Assembly (NCBI GenBank): GCA_013151645.1
Contig: JAADHU010000003.1
Span: 1-29,586 of the forward strand
Direction: 5' to 3'
Length of the DNA: 29,586 nt
DNA from: Gammaproteobacteria bacterium
Lineage (GTDB): Bacteria; Pseudomonadota; Gammaproteobacteria; Steroidobacterales; Woeseiaceae
Shown: one piece after another, positions 1-8,823 of the stretch
How positions within the stretch are numbered: the stretch's first letter is position 1
How the letters are laid out: every line of letters starts with the position of its first letter
Translations under genes and position numbers: made by a program
The notes under the pieces: model-generated
What the model was told of the DNA's origin: nothing
Databases searched by the model: none
Seen by the model: the letters and a program-made list of their open reading frames with translations, nothing else

Positions 1-47
1 GGGTTTTCTATTGGCACTCTCGCAGGAGCGTCTCCCGAGGCGCGACC
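1..47. repeat. Partial copy (right half) of the 84-bp palindromic intergenic repeat family seen in tandem at 23121-23500
   Basis: ttctattggcactctcgcaggagcgtctcccgaggcgcgacc aligns at roughly 80% with the unit segment ttgtcccattgccactcctgcaggagcgtgacctgacgcgcgacc. It lies just 3' of the DUF302 gene. Confidence 0.5.
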
Positions 48-92
48 CGCAATAATCAATCGAAGCGAAGAACCCAAACCCTGACAATTGTT

Positions 93-491
93 TTAAAGGT
101 TCGCGAGAACCCGCTCAAGCTTGTCTTTGACCTGCGTCGCCAGCGGATCCACACGGGGGTCGTTGACCAGTCCGAGCACTGCACCGGGATCCATAAAACT
201 AACGTGAACCTGTCCGCTGTCGTCTTCACGAACCAGCGCATTACACGGCAGCAGCAAGCCGATCTCAGGCACTGCAGTAATTGCCTGATCCGCCAACACC
301 GGATTGCAGGCACCTAGAATTCGATACGGCGGTATGTCCTTGTCGAGTTTCTTTTTCAGGGCCGCCGCAACGTCAATATCCGACAGCACGCCGAACCCTT
401 CTTTCTGCAGCTCATCCGTAACCTTCTGCAACGTATCGCCGAAATTACCGTTAACCGGTTTGCCAAAACCAAAGTTTGTATTCATTTTCAA
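93..491 (-). CDS. DUF302 domain protein
   Basis: 132-aa ORF. The translation has the typical DUF302 layout, with a conserved central stretch including SDIDVAAALKKKLDKDIPPYRILGACNP. Coding periodicity is clean. Confidence 0.65.
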   Translation of the reverse strand: MKMNTNFGFGKPVNGNFGDTLQKVTDELQKEGFGVLSDIDVAAALKKKLDKDIPPYRILGACNPVLADQAITAVPEIGLLLPCNALVREDDSGQVHVSFMDPGAVLGLVNDPRVDPLATQVKDKLERVLANL

Positions 492-537
492 ATCTCCGAG
501 TTCAACTCATGAAAAAATTTTATTCAAAATTTCTCAA

Positions 538-1071
538 CTAATCTATCCAGGTGCTTCGCCACCAAAGTCCAACCAGCGTGCTATAACCCAGATCACGGCG
601 CGCAATTCGATGCTTACTATCCAGCATATAGTACGTTGGAAAAGCATAGACGTTCCAATCTTCGGATATCGTGCTATCGCCGAGCAATACAGGAACCGTA
701 ATGTCATGGCGATCGACATAGTCCTGCACTTCAGCCCTCGTCTGCCAGTCCAGAGCGACCATCAATATGTCCAGCTCGCTCTCGTTGCGGAGTTTCCGAA
801 GTTGTTCGATGTTGCCGGAGCTCGCCGCACAAACACCGCACCAGGGAGCGAAGAAATAAACCAGTGTTGCCGGTGCGGAGCGCTTGGCCAAATCAACACT
901 TTCGCCACTCAGCGATGTCGCATCCAGCCCTGGTGCGGCCTGCTCCCCGGTCGGCAAGAGGCCGTGTGTCTGGTAGGCGTAAAACAGGAACAACAGCGCT
1001 AGCATCGCGGCTGCTTCCGCCGCATACCCGGCAGCTTTTTTGACTTTTTTCTTCAAGAAGCAATCCTGCAA
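538..1071 (-). CDS. TlpA/redoxin-family thiol:disulfide oxidoreductase, membrane anchored
   Basis: N-terminal hydrophobic helix (MLALLFLFYAY) followed by a thioredoxin fold with a WCGVC active-site motif. The start codon is uncertain; 1071 or an internal Met near 1005. Confidence 0.75.
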   Translation of the reverse strand: MQDCFLKKKVKKAAGYAAEAAAMLALLFLFYAYQTHGLLPTGEQAAPGLDATSLSGESVDLAKRSAPATLVYFFAPWCGVCAASSGNIEQLRKLRNESELDILMVALDWQTRAEVQDYVDRHDITVPVLLGDSTISEDWNVYAFPTYYMLDSKHRIARRDLGYSTLVGLWWRSTWID

Positions 1072-1213
1072 CCAAGTTCGGGGCGAACATCAAGACGATG
1101 CAAATGATACTCACGTCACCCACATTCGCAATCGCCATCAATATATGGGGACAATTTAAGTCGTTACCAGTGTGTTTCCACTATCGGCGGTATTGCTTGC
1201 ATCGATACATTAC

Positions 1214-1229
1214 GTGCATTACGATGCAC
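1214..1229. promoter_or_regulatory. Inverted repeat GTGCAT-tacg-ATGCAC abutting the ArsR-family gene start; candidate autoregulatory operator
   Basis: Palindrome gtgcattacgatgcac lies immediately upstream of the ATG at 1232. The same half-sites recur at 1575-1588. Confidence 0.35.
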
Positions 1230-1231
1230 GA

Positions 1232-1555
1232 ATGAACAAGGAACGGGCCGTCACTAAAGCCCTCGCAGGTTTGGACACTGACTTCGTCAAAGCGTTCAGC
1301 GAACCCGCCCGCGTGGATATACTGAAGCACCTGATCGTGCTCGGTCCCTGTGACGTCAAAACACTGGCCGGGAAAATGCCGCAGGATCGCTCGGTCATCT
1401 CTCGGCATCTGTCCGTCCTGCACAAGGCAGGGTTTCTCAACTATCGGAAAGACGGCCGCCACGCGGTGTATTGGCTCAATGGGGACGAAACGCTGAAGAT
1501 GTCCGAGCGACTTGTCGCCACTGTCCGCGAATGCCTGAAACTTGGCTGTTGCTAG
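1232..1555 (+). CDS. ArsR/SmtB-family winged-helix transcriptional regulator
   Basis: Translation shows HTH_20-like region FSEPARVDILKHLIVLGPCDVKTLAGKMPQDRSVISRHLSVLHKAGFL. Start moved to the internal ATG (MNKERAV), since the longer ORF begins in a hydrophobic non-conserved stretch. Confidence 0.7.
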   Translation: MNKERAVTKALAGLDTDFVKAFSEPARVDILKHLIVLGPCDVKTLAGKMPQDRSVISRHLSVLHKAGFLNYRKDGRHAVYWLNGDETLKMSERLVATVRECLKLGCC

Positions 1556-1574
1556 ATATTTTTTGCATTATTTC

Positions 1575-1588
1575 GTGCATATATGCAC
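1575..1588. promoter_or_regulatory. Perfect palindrome GTGCATATATGCAC upstream of the fatty-acid-hydroxylase-family gene; candidate operator for the adjacent ArsR regulator
   Basis: 14-bp perfect palindrome, about 37 nt upstream of the 1625 start. It shares its half-site with 1214-1229. Confidence 0.35.
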
Positions 1589-1624
1589 ATGTTTGCTTAC
1601 TGTAATCATCGCTAGAGGGTATTC

Positions 1625-2449
1625 ATGACACATTACGACTCGGTTCTGGTTGTCGGTCTGTTCGCCGTACTCCTGCTGGCCGAACATCTGGCCGGCGTCA
1701 ACCGCCGGCAGCCAAGGCCGAAGAGCGAATGGTCAATCGAGATGATCAGCCTGATGCAACTGGGTTTAATCAAGCCGGTTGTGTTGATCCTGGGATTCTC
1801 TCTCGCCAGAATCGCTTTTCCTGAAAGCCAGGACAGTCTGGCGGAACTGCCCTTCTGGCTTGGCTTCCTGCTGGTTTTTCTGCCTGACGATTTCGCCCAT
1901 TACTGGATCCACCGAACGGCTCACAAGCACCCGCGCCTCTGGGGCCTGCATCGAACCCACCACACACCAAACGTGTACCAGGTATCCATCGCCTTTCGCG
2001 AGAACTGGCTATGGTTCTGGGTCATGCCCGGGTTTTGGTGGATGGGGATCATGGTCTATTTCGGTTTGCTCGAGCAGGTCCTGCTTTCAGCCGCAATTAT
2101 TGGCGTTCACAATATAATCCTGCACACAGGTTTCAGTGCCGACCGCGCACTTTACCGCAACAAATATTTGCAACGGCCTTTGCGATACTTCGAGTACCTC
2201 GTCAATACACCCAGCTTGCATCGCGGGCACCACGGTCTCGGCACGAACGGCGTGCCCGCCGGAAACTTCGCACAGACCTTGTTTATTTGGGATGTCGTTT
2301 TCGGCACAGCCGTATTTCAGGACGACCGGATTCCTGAGCGATATGGAACGGTATCTCGCGACTCGATGCGACAACCCTGGTACTACCAGCTTTGGTGGCC
2401 GCTGGTGAAGCAACGAAAAGTTCCTGGCATTGCAGTAACCGAACCGTAA
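1625..2449 (+). CDS. Fatty acid hydroxylase superfamily (sterol desaturase-like) integral membrane di-iron enzyme
   Basis: Histidine boxes HYWIHRTAH, HRTHH and HRGHH sit in a polytopic membrane protein, typical of PF04116. Confidence 0.75.
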   Translation: MTHYDSVLVVGLFAVLLLAEHLAGVNRRQPRPKSEWSIEMISLMQLGLIKPVVLILGFSLARIAFPESQDSLAELPFWLGFLLVFLPDDFAHYWIHRTAHKHPRLWGLHRTHHTPNVYQVSIAFRENWLWFWVMPGFWWMGIMVYFGLLEQVLLSAAIIGVHNIILHTGFSADRALYRNKYLQRPLRYFEYLVNTPSLHRGHHGLGTNGVPAGNFAQTLFIWDVVFGTAVFQDDRIPERYGTVSRDSMRQPWYYQLWWPLVKQRKVPGIAVTEP

Positions 2450-2469
2450 CGGTCCGACCGAACGCCGAC

Positions 2470-3693
2470 TCAGGTAATAGCGCCAATGTCTGCCAAGCCG
2501 CTTTTCAATTGCCCCCACCGTTGTTCCATGCTGCCGGTAATGCCGACGGACATTCGAACCAGGCCTGCGCCAATATCGGCGAGTGCCATATCCTCATCGG
2601 TCATTTCACTTGAAGTGCTGCTGCCAGGATTCGACATCAGCGTATCGAAATAGCCAAGGCTCACCGCCATGAAACCGAAACCGTACTTGTTCTGCAAGAG
2701 ATCCATTAGATCGCCGGCCTTTTCTTCGCTGCCGAGATCGAGTGTTAGAATCCCGCCGAAACCATACTCGGCACAATGCAGCTGCTTCATCAACTCATGA
2801 TCGGGATGGCTGGCTAAACCCGGATAGGCCACGGATATTCCCAAAGCCTGCAATTGATCCGCAAGATACTGCGCACGCCGGGCGTGCTCGACCATGCGCA
2901 GCGCAAGATGCGGAATCCGCAGACTGATTTTCGAGGCGATGGTGGGATCCATGGTCGGACCCAGAATCATCAACGGTCCCAGGTGCAGGTCCATCAGGCC
3001 CTGAACAAACTCTTCAGTGCCGCAAACGGCGCCGGCGATGATGTCGGATGCGCCGTTGATGAACTTCGTCATACTGTGCACGACGACGTCGGCACCAAGC
3101 TCCACAGGATTGAGAATCAGCGGACTGAACGTGTTGTCGATGACCAGCGTGATGCCGCGACGATGTGCCAATTCGGCAAGGGCGGGAATATCGGCGAGTC
3201 GCAAGGTCGGATTTGCAATACTTTCCGCATAAACGATTTTCGTCTTTTCGGTCATCGCCGCGTCGACCGCCGCCAGATCAGTGATATCGACGAAGCGCGT
3301 ATGAATATTTGCCTTCACCGGCAGAAAATCGTGCAGTAAGGCGTAGGTGCCACCGTACACCGTATGCGAGGCAACAAGGTGGTCACCGGCATCGCACAAT
3401 TGCAGAATCGCCGCGGAGATCGCCGCCATTCCACTCGCCGTGCAATAGGCGGCCTCCGTTCCTTCAATCGCCGCGAGCTGGCGTCCAAGATTGTACACCG
3501 TAGGATTAAAGTGCCGACCATAAAGGTAGCAACCTTCCGGTGCCGCCTTTCTGCCCTGGAAAAGCTCAGGCATGGTGCCAGGTTTCATCACGGTGAAGGT
3601 TGTGCTGGCCTCAACCGACATATTGACACCACCGTGTTCGCCAAATTCATGGCGGGTATCGGCCAGACGTTCGACAGGGTTTCGAGCAGCCAT
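2470..3693 (-). CDS. Cys/Met-metabolism PLP-dependent enzyme (methionine gamma-lyase / cystathionine gamma-lyase-like)
   Basis: 407 aa. PLP-lysine motif SMTKFINGASD. Family-typical blocks include YGRHFNPT, DNTFSPLILNPVELGADVVVHS and GLVRMSVGIT. Confidence 0.8.
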   Translation of the reverse strand: MAARNPVERLADTRHEFGEHGGVNMSVEASTTFTVMKPGTMPELFQGRKAAPEGCYLYGRHFNPTVYNLGRQLAAIEGTEAAYCTASGMAAISAAILQLCDAGDHLVASHTVYGGTYALLHDFLPVKANIHTRFVDITDLAAVDAAMTEKTKIVYAESIANPTLRLADIPALAELAHRRGITLVIDNTFSPLILNPVELGADVVVHSMTKFINGASDIIAGAVCGTEEFVQGLMDLHLGPLMILGPTMDPTIASKISLRIPHLALRMVEHARRAQYLADQLQALGISVAYPGLASHPDHELMKQLHCAEYGFGGILTLDLGSEEKAGDLMDLLQNKYGFGFMAVSLGYFDTLMSNPGSSTSSEMTDEDMALADIGAGLVRMSVGITGSMEQRWGQLKSGLADIGAIT

Positions 3694-3826
3694 TTTGACA
3701 ATCTCCTGCTTCAGGGTAAATTCAATGACTCGACAATGATCGCACTAATTCGTATAGTCGATTCCCTTCCCGAAGGTTTTTCGGTTTTCTTTATCTTTCC
3801 TTAACTTTTCTTCGGTTTTTTTCGAT

Positions 3827-4315
3827 ATGCAGAATCTTGACCGAATTGACTTCGACATCCTGCGCGAACTGCGCGCAGACGCCCGCCTTTCTAACAAGGA
3901 ACTCGCAACTCGCGTTGGTCTGGCACCATCGACCTGCCTGGTGCGAGTGCGGGGATTGCAGGCCGACGGCACCCTGACCGGCTTCCACGCAGCGGTCAAT
4001 CCGGGGTCGATTGGTGTTGGCTTGCAGGCAATGATTTCCGTACGGTTACGGCGGCATTCGCGATCTGCCCTGGAGTCGTTTCGAGCCCATACACTCTCGC
4101 TGCCCGAGGTCCGGCAGCTTTATCATATTGCCGGAGCGAATGATTTTCTCGTCCACGTCTGGGTCAGGAGCCCCGATCATTTGCGAGACCTCGCGATGAC
4201 ATCTTTCACGACGCGCGACGAGGTCGCGCATATTGAAACAGGGCTTATTTTCGAACACGCGAGAAGTACCGAGTTACCCGATTTCCTCGATTTCGAAAAA
4301 GACGACGAGAAGTGA
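3827..4315 (+). CDS. Lrp/AsnC-family transcriptional regulator, divergent from the PLP enzyme gene
   Basis: N-terminal HTH (DRIDFDILRELRADARLSNKELATRVGLAPSTCLVRVRGL) plus a RAM/AsnC_trans C-terminal domain. The arrangement is mdeR-mdeA-like. Confidence 0.85.
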   Translation: MQNLDRIDFDILRELRADARLSNKELATRVGLAPSTCLVRVRGLQADGTLTGFHAAVNPGSIGVGLQAMISVRLRRHSRSALESFRAHTLSLPEVRQLYHIAGANDFLVHVWVRSPDHLRDLAMTSFTTRDEVAHIETGLIFEHARSTELPDFLDFEKDDEK

Positions 4316-4405
4316 TAACGTAAGTGCCGAGTATGCGTGCCGGTCGTGACGATAGCGCCACGACCTCAAAGGACAGTCCAGGCAGCGATTCAGGAGAATA
4401 ATAAA

Positions 4406-5842
4406 ATGAATGAAGTACTCAACATGACCTCCAGTTACGGCCTGAGCACCGGCGGCTGGATCGGCGTAGTTGTGGCTACGGTTGTTCTGTTCGCGATCTT
4501 TCTGGCCAAGGCGTTCCGCCGGGTCGTTGAACCGAACGAGGTGCATATCGTCCAGTCCCGAAAGACAACAACGATGTATGGCAAGAAGCTCGAAGAAGGC
4601 GAGACCGGCGTTTCGCCCGGCAACAGTTATTACGAGTGGCCACACTGGTGGCCGGTCATCGGTGTCCAGCGAATTATTCTCCCCCTGTCCGTTTTCGATC
4701 AAAAACTCACCAACTATGAAGCTTATGACATCGGCAAGGTGCCATTCGTCGTCGATGTCGTCGCATTTTTCCGCATTAACGATCCGACAATCGCTGCAAA
4801 ACGTATCCAGGATTTACACGAACTGAGGGCACAGTTGGAATCCATTCTGCAGGGTGCGGTGCGTACCATTTTGGCGAAGCATGAAATTGAAGACATCATG
4901 ATGGAACGCAGCACGTTCGGAAAAATGTTCACGGACGAGGTAGCGGACCAGCTCAAGGCCTGGGGCGTATCCAATGTCAAGAACATCGAACTGATGGATA
5001 TTCGCGACGGCATGAATTCTCAGACCGTTTCAAACATCATGGCAAAGAAGGAATCCGTGATCGACCGGGAATCTCGCGTGGTCGTAGCCGAAAACACGAA
5101 GCTCGCTGAGACCGCTGAAATTGAAGCCAAACAGGTGATCGATGTTCGTGCGCAGGAAGCCGAAGAACTGGTGGGTCTGAGAACCGCGCAGAAAGATCAG
5201 GCGGTGGGTATTGCCGATGAGAAGGCGCTCCAGGAAATCAAGACGCAGGCGAAGGAAACAGCCGAGCGCGACATGGCGGTCGAGTTGGTCAAGAACGTGC
5301 GTGCCGCCGAGATCAATCGTTCCGTGCAAGTGGTCAAGGCGGACGAGGATAAGCAGACCATAGTCATTCGGGCCGAGGGCCAGCGCCAGCAGGAAGTCAT
5401 TGACGCCGAAGCAACCAAACAGAAGACCATCATCGTTGCTGAAGGTGACCTGCAGGATTCCCTCAAGGAAGCTGAAGGCATTCTCGCGATCGGCACGTCG
5501 AGCGCGGAAGCCAAGCGACTGGAAGAGATGGCGACGGTTTCCCCGCAGATTGCATTGGCCGATGAAATCGGCAGCAACGACGGTTATCAGGAATACCTCA
5601 TCAAGATCCGGGACGTTGAAAAAGACGAAGCAGTGGGTATTGAACAGGCGAAGGCGCTACAGGATGCCGGCATCAAGGTCATTGTTAACTCAGGCAATGT
5701 CGAAAGCGGCATGAACAGTTTACTCGACGTGTTGACCACCAAAGGCGGCACCAATATCGCCGGCATGGTGGAAGCGATTCGTCAGACGGACGAAGGTTCG
5801 GCGCTGTTGAATCGCGTTGGGCTGGGTGACAGCAAAACGTAG
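4406..5842 (+). CDS. Flotillin-like SPFH/band-7 domain protein (YqiK-type)
   Basis: N-terminal TM helix, an SPFH domain, then a long Ala/Glu/Lys-rich coiled-coil region and a flotillin C-terminus. Start set at 4406, which follows an AGGAG RBS. Confidence 0.8.
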   Translation: MNEVLNMTSSYGLSTGGWIGVVVATVVLFAIFLAKAFRRVVEPNEVHIVQSRKTTTMYGKKLEEGETGVSPGNSYYEWPHWWPVIGVQRIILPLSVFDQKLTNYEAYDIGKVPFVVDVVAFFRINDPTIAAKRIQDLHELRAQLESILQGAVRTILAKHEIEDIMMERSTFGKMFTDEVADQLKAWGVSNVKNIELMDIRDGMNSQTVSNIMAKKESVIDRESRVVVAENTKLAETAEIEAKQVIDVRAQEAEELVGLRTAQKDQAVGIADEKALQEIKTQAKETAERDMAVELVKNVRAAEINRSVQVVKADEDKQTIVIRAEGQRQQEVIDAEATKQKTIIVAEGDLQDSLKEAEGILAIGTSSAEAKRLEEMATVSPQIALADEIGSNDGYQEYLIKIRDVEKDEAVGIEQAKALQDAGIKVIVNSGNVESGMNSLLDVLTTKGGTNIAGMVEAIRQTDEGSALLNRVGLGDSKT

Positions 5843-6032
5843 ACGGCAGAGATGTATGTTCATGGAGTGCCCGCCGAAACTTCAATGGGCCTGCGACCGA
5901 AGCGGGGTTGACCGGGCGAAAATCGGTCGCGACACCAGTCAACAGCAAACATCATGACGGCCATAACACAGCGATGAGAAAAACAGTGTTTACGCCGAGC
6001 GTGGCCGAGTACGCTGTAGCGGAATATTCGTT

Positions 6033-6197
6033 TAGGGAACCTCTGATCAATTCCGGGCGAAGCAGATTGCTTGTCAAAATATTCCGATTCAAGGCGCGGA
6101 TCGCACGTAATAGCGAGCTATTGCGAAGATTCGCAACGCCGAAGCTGGATATTTTGACACCTAAGATGCGAGTTCAGAATTGATCAGAGGTTCCTTA
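6033..6197. mobile_element. MITE-like element: 19-bp terminal inverted repeats (GGGAACCTCTGATCAATTC / GAATTGATCAGAGGTTCCT) flanked by TA on each side
   Basis: Left TIR is 6035-6053; right TIR is 6177-6195, whose reverse complement matches 18 of 19. TA dinucleotides at 6033-34 and 6196-97 fit a Tc1/IS630-type target duplication. There is an internal hairpin TTGCGAA-gat-TTCGCAA and no coding capacity. The right half recurs at 26891-26968. Confidence 0.45.
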
Positions 6198-6300
6198 GGT
6201 AGAACTACTTATATACGTCACTGACGGATCGCAAGAAACTGCTCGCTGTGAATTACGCCTGAATTATTCACAATCGACTTCCAAGAGCTAATGTCCGTTT

Positions 6301-8796
6301 ATGCCGTTTGTAATTCCGTCCGTATTGCGAAATACGTTTTCGTCGCGCAACAACCGGTGTCGCGATGCGTCCGGAATGCGAGCCGCGCCCGAGCTGGTGG
6401 TATTGGATGTCGTCGAAGGCGTTACACCGAGTCCCAAACCGCCCGTACGTATCTTCCTGGGTACTGAACCGGCTCACTATCGAGCCGAACGGATTTTTGT
6501 CTGGTCGATAGAACGCGTGCGTGATCCCGCCAGGGTTTATGAAATCCACCTCATGAAAGAACTCGCTGGTTTCGATCGGCGCCGGTGGCTTACAGGATTT
6601 ACCAACTACCGTTTTGCCATTCCGCATTTCGCACAGGGTAGCGGCCGCGCGATATGGAATGATGTCGATCAGGCTTACCTCGCCGATCCGGCTGAATTGT
6701 TCGATACGGACATGGGTGAATGCGGCCTCCTCACCGTGCCGCCGCTTTCTTCAAGTGCATTGCTGGATACGGCGGTGATGTTGATCGATTGCGAGCGAAT
6801 GGCATCGATCTGGACCGGCGATGAAGCCAAGCATGGGCGCAAGAACAATTTACTGGCAAAGGTACAGGCCAGACCCGGCTTACGTGGCGATCTGCCCGGC
6901 GAATGGAACGCACGCGACGAGGAGTATGTACCGGGCCGCTCGAAACTGCTGCACTGGACCATTCTGCATACGCAACCCTGGCATCCGCTTCCACAAGCTT
7001 TCGTCTACCAGCGCAATCCAGTCGGTCACGTTTGGTACGACATGGAGCGTTCCGCCAATCTTGCCGGATATCACGTCTTCACCGCCGACAAACCCAGCGC
7101 CCAGTTCAAAAGCCTGCTCACGCGGATTCAAGCCGGCGTGACGGACGGAAAGAACGACAGACGACTGGGTGATCACCCGCCTGCACCAACGACCAAAATC
7201 GAAGGCCTGGACAGCCTGATCGAGAAAACCGCATCGAAGAGCCTTCTCGATTATTGCTTCGCCGATGTCGCGGTCGAACACTCCGCACTGAACGAATTGC
7301 TAACCGAACAAGATGGCATCGCTGTAACGCGATACGACCCTGCCGATCCATCTTACAACGCAAGGCCCACGGCCGGTTTCGATGGCGTCGTTTGTGCAGA
7401 TGCATTGAACTACATTCCGGATGAAGACATACCGTGGGTAATCAACGATCTGTTCGAATGCGCGAAGCAGTTCGTCTATGTGGCCATCGAGCATTCGTCC
7501 CGCGGCAAGATGCTGGCTGACGGAACCTCGTTGTGCTCTCGGCAGCGCGAACCGGCCTGGTGGAAGGCCGCGTTCGAGAGCGCGGCCGAACGCCATCCGC
7601 AGATACAGTGGAAACTCGTTTTCAACCAACCCGCCGACGCGGGAGCCCCGGCTCTGCGTGAGATCGGCTGGAGTGGCGATCAATTGCCCAGAGTGTGGGT
7701 GCTTAACGACAATGTCAGCGTGGACACATCTCAGTCCACCGCCCTGGCCGAAGCGCTCGGCTGGCCATTCGAAGTTGTCGATTCGCCGTTTGACTCCCGC
7801 CGCGAACGACCGGACCTGGTCATCGCCGCAAACCAGCACACCGGTTCCTGGGCGCGCCGGCTTTGTCGGCAAAGTGGCGGACGTACGCGTTGCGTACGAA
7901 TAGACGGCACGGGAGGGGCCGTTGCCAAAGACTTTGACGCAGTAGTCAGTCCGGCCTATTTCCACCTTCCGCCGCATCCGCATCGCATTGAAAGCGTGAC
8001 GCAACTGACTCGAATTACCCCGGAACGACTGGCCAGAGCACGTGACCGATGCCCACGGCTGTTCGGGCTCGCACCCCATCCACGGATTGTTGTCTTGCTC
8101 GGTGCCAGCGAGAGCAGCGGTCCTCCGGACACGATCACGAGCCGTAGACTGGGCGAAGAAATTCGTACGTTCGCGACCCTGGCGGGCGGATCTGTTTTTG
8201 CACTGATCAGCCGTCGTATCACACCGGGGCTCGCCGGGGCACTTGTAGCGGGCCTGGGTGAATCTCCCCATGTGCATACCTGGTCGCCAGACCATCGCGA
8301 CGACGATACCTATCTTGCCTATCTGGAACTGGCCGACACCATCATCGTTACGGGAGATGATGAATTCCTGATGGCCGATGCCGCGGCCACCGGAAAGTCC
8401 GTTTACGTCTACCCTCTGGCCGAGCGCCCGGCAAACCTCTCAAGCCGTTTCCGGGAAACCGTGTTTGCCCGTTCCCAGGCTCGTCCGTTAAACAAACGCG
8501 GCACAGTCAGACCCCAACAAGGTCTGGAGTACTTTTGTGCACGGCTTATCGAACGTGGCATCGTCCTGCCGCCTCACGATCTGAACGCATTGCGCCAGTC
8601 CCTTGTACGGCTCGGCGTTATTCATCAATTCGGTACGTCGATGACGGCGACAAGCCCGCACGCCGGCTTGCGAGTAGCGCACGATGCGGCTCGTCAAGTT
8701 CAGCGATTACTCGGTCTCGGGGAGCATGCCCGACTACCGCAAAACGACCTTGTCCACACAACAGACTGGACACAACACGTGGCGGCACATCCGTAA
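6301..8796 (+). CDS. Large tri-domain protein: N-terminal GT8-type glycosyltransferase, central methyltransferase-like region, C-terminal ELM1 (PF06258, mitochondrial-fission ELM1-like) domain
   Basis: GT8 signatures are TNYRFAIPHF, AIWNDVDQAYLADPAELFD (DxD) and LHWTILHTQPWHP. The middle region has FDGVVCADALNYIPDEDIPWVINDLFECAKQFVYVAIEH, which resembles methyltransferase motifs II-III without a clear GxGxG. ELM1-like blocks are ALAEALGWPFEVV, PDLVIAANQHTGSWARRL, DFDAVVSPAYFHL, ALISRRITPGL and ADTIIVTGDDEFLMADAAATGKSVYV. The start is uncertain between 6301 and 6376. Confidence 0.7.
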   Translation: MPFVIPSVLRNTFSSRNNRCRDASGMRAAPELVVLDVVEGVTPSPKPPVRIFLGTEPAHYRAERIFVWSIERVRDPARVYEIHLMKELAGFDRRRWLTGFTNYRFAIPHFAQGSGRAIWNDVDQAYLADPAELFDTDMGECGLLTVPPLSSSALLDTAVMLIDCERMASIWTGDEAKHGRKNNLLAKVQARPGLRGDLPGEWNARDEEYVPGRSKLLHWTILHTQPWHPLPQAFVYQRNPVGHVWYDMERSANLAGYHVFTADKPSAQFKSLLTRIQAGVTDGKNDRRLGDHPPAPTTKIEGLDSLIEKTASKSLLDYCFADVAVEHSALNELLTEQDGIAVTRYDPADPSYNARPTAGFDGVVCADALNYIPDEDIPWVINDLFECAKQFVYVAIEHSSRGKMLADGTSLCSRQREPAWWKAAFESAAERHPQIQWKLVFNQPADAGAPALREIGWSGDQLPRVWVLNDNVSVDTSQSTALAEALGWPFEVVDSPFDSRRERPDLVIAANQHTGSWARRLCRQSGGRTRCVRIDGTGGAVAKDFDAVVSPAYFHLPPHPHRIESVTQLTRITPERLARARDRCPRLFGLAPHPRIVVLLGASESSGPPDTITSRRLGEEIRTFATLAGGSVFALISRRITPGLAGALVAGLGESPHVHTWSPDHRDDDTYLAYLELADTIIVTGDDEFLMADAAATGKSVYVYPLAERPANLSSRFRETVFARSQARPLNKRGTVRPQQGLEYFCARLIERGIVLPPHDLNALRQSLVRLGVIHQFGTSMTATSPHAGLRVAHDAARQVQRLLGLGEHARLPQNDLVHTTDWTQHVAAHP

Positions 8797-8823
8797 CCGT
8801 ACAGCCCGACAAGGGGAGATGAC

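Noticed and set aside
2087-2518. 143-aa minus-strand ORF overlapping the end of the fatty-acid-hydroxylase-family gene
   Set aside because: It is antisense to a coding region with clear His-box motifs and has no independent support.
3364-3804. 146-aa plus-strand ORF
   Set aside because: It is antisense to the PLP-dependent lyase gene, Arg-rich and has no RBS.
5908-6183. 91-aa ORF on the plus strand
   Set aside because: It spans the MITE-like element and its internal palindrome and has no RBS. It is an artefact of repeat sequence.
7300-8295. 331-aa ORF on the minus strand inside the tri-domain GT gene
   Set aside because: It lies antisense to a well-supported coding region with recognisable domains. 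Its Arg/Gly/Cys-rich composition is typical of high-GC antisense frames.
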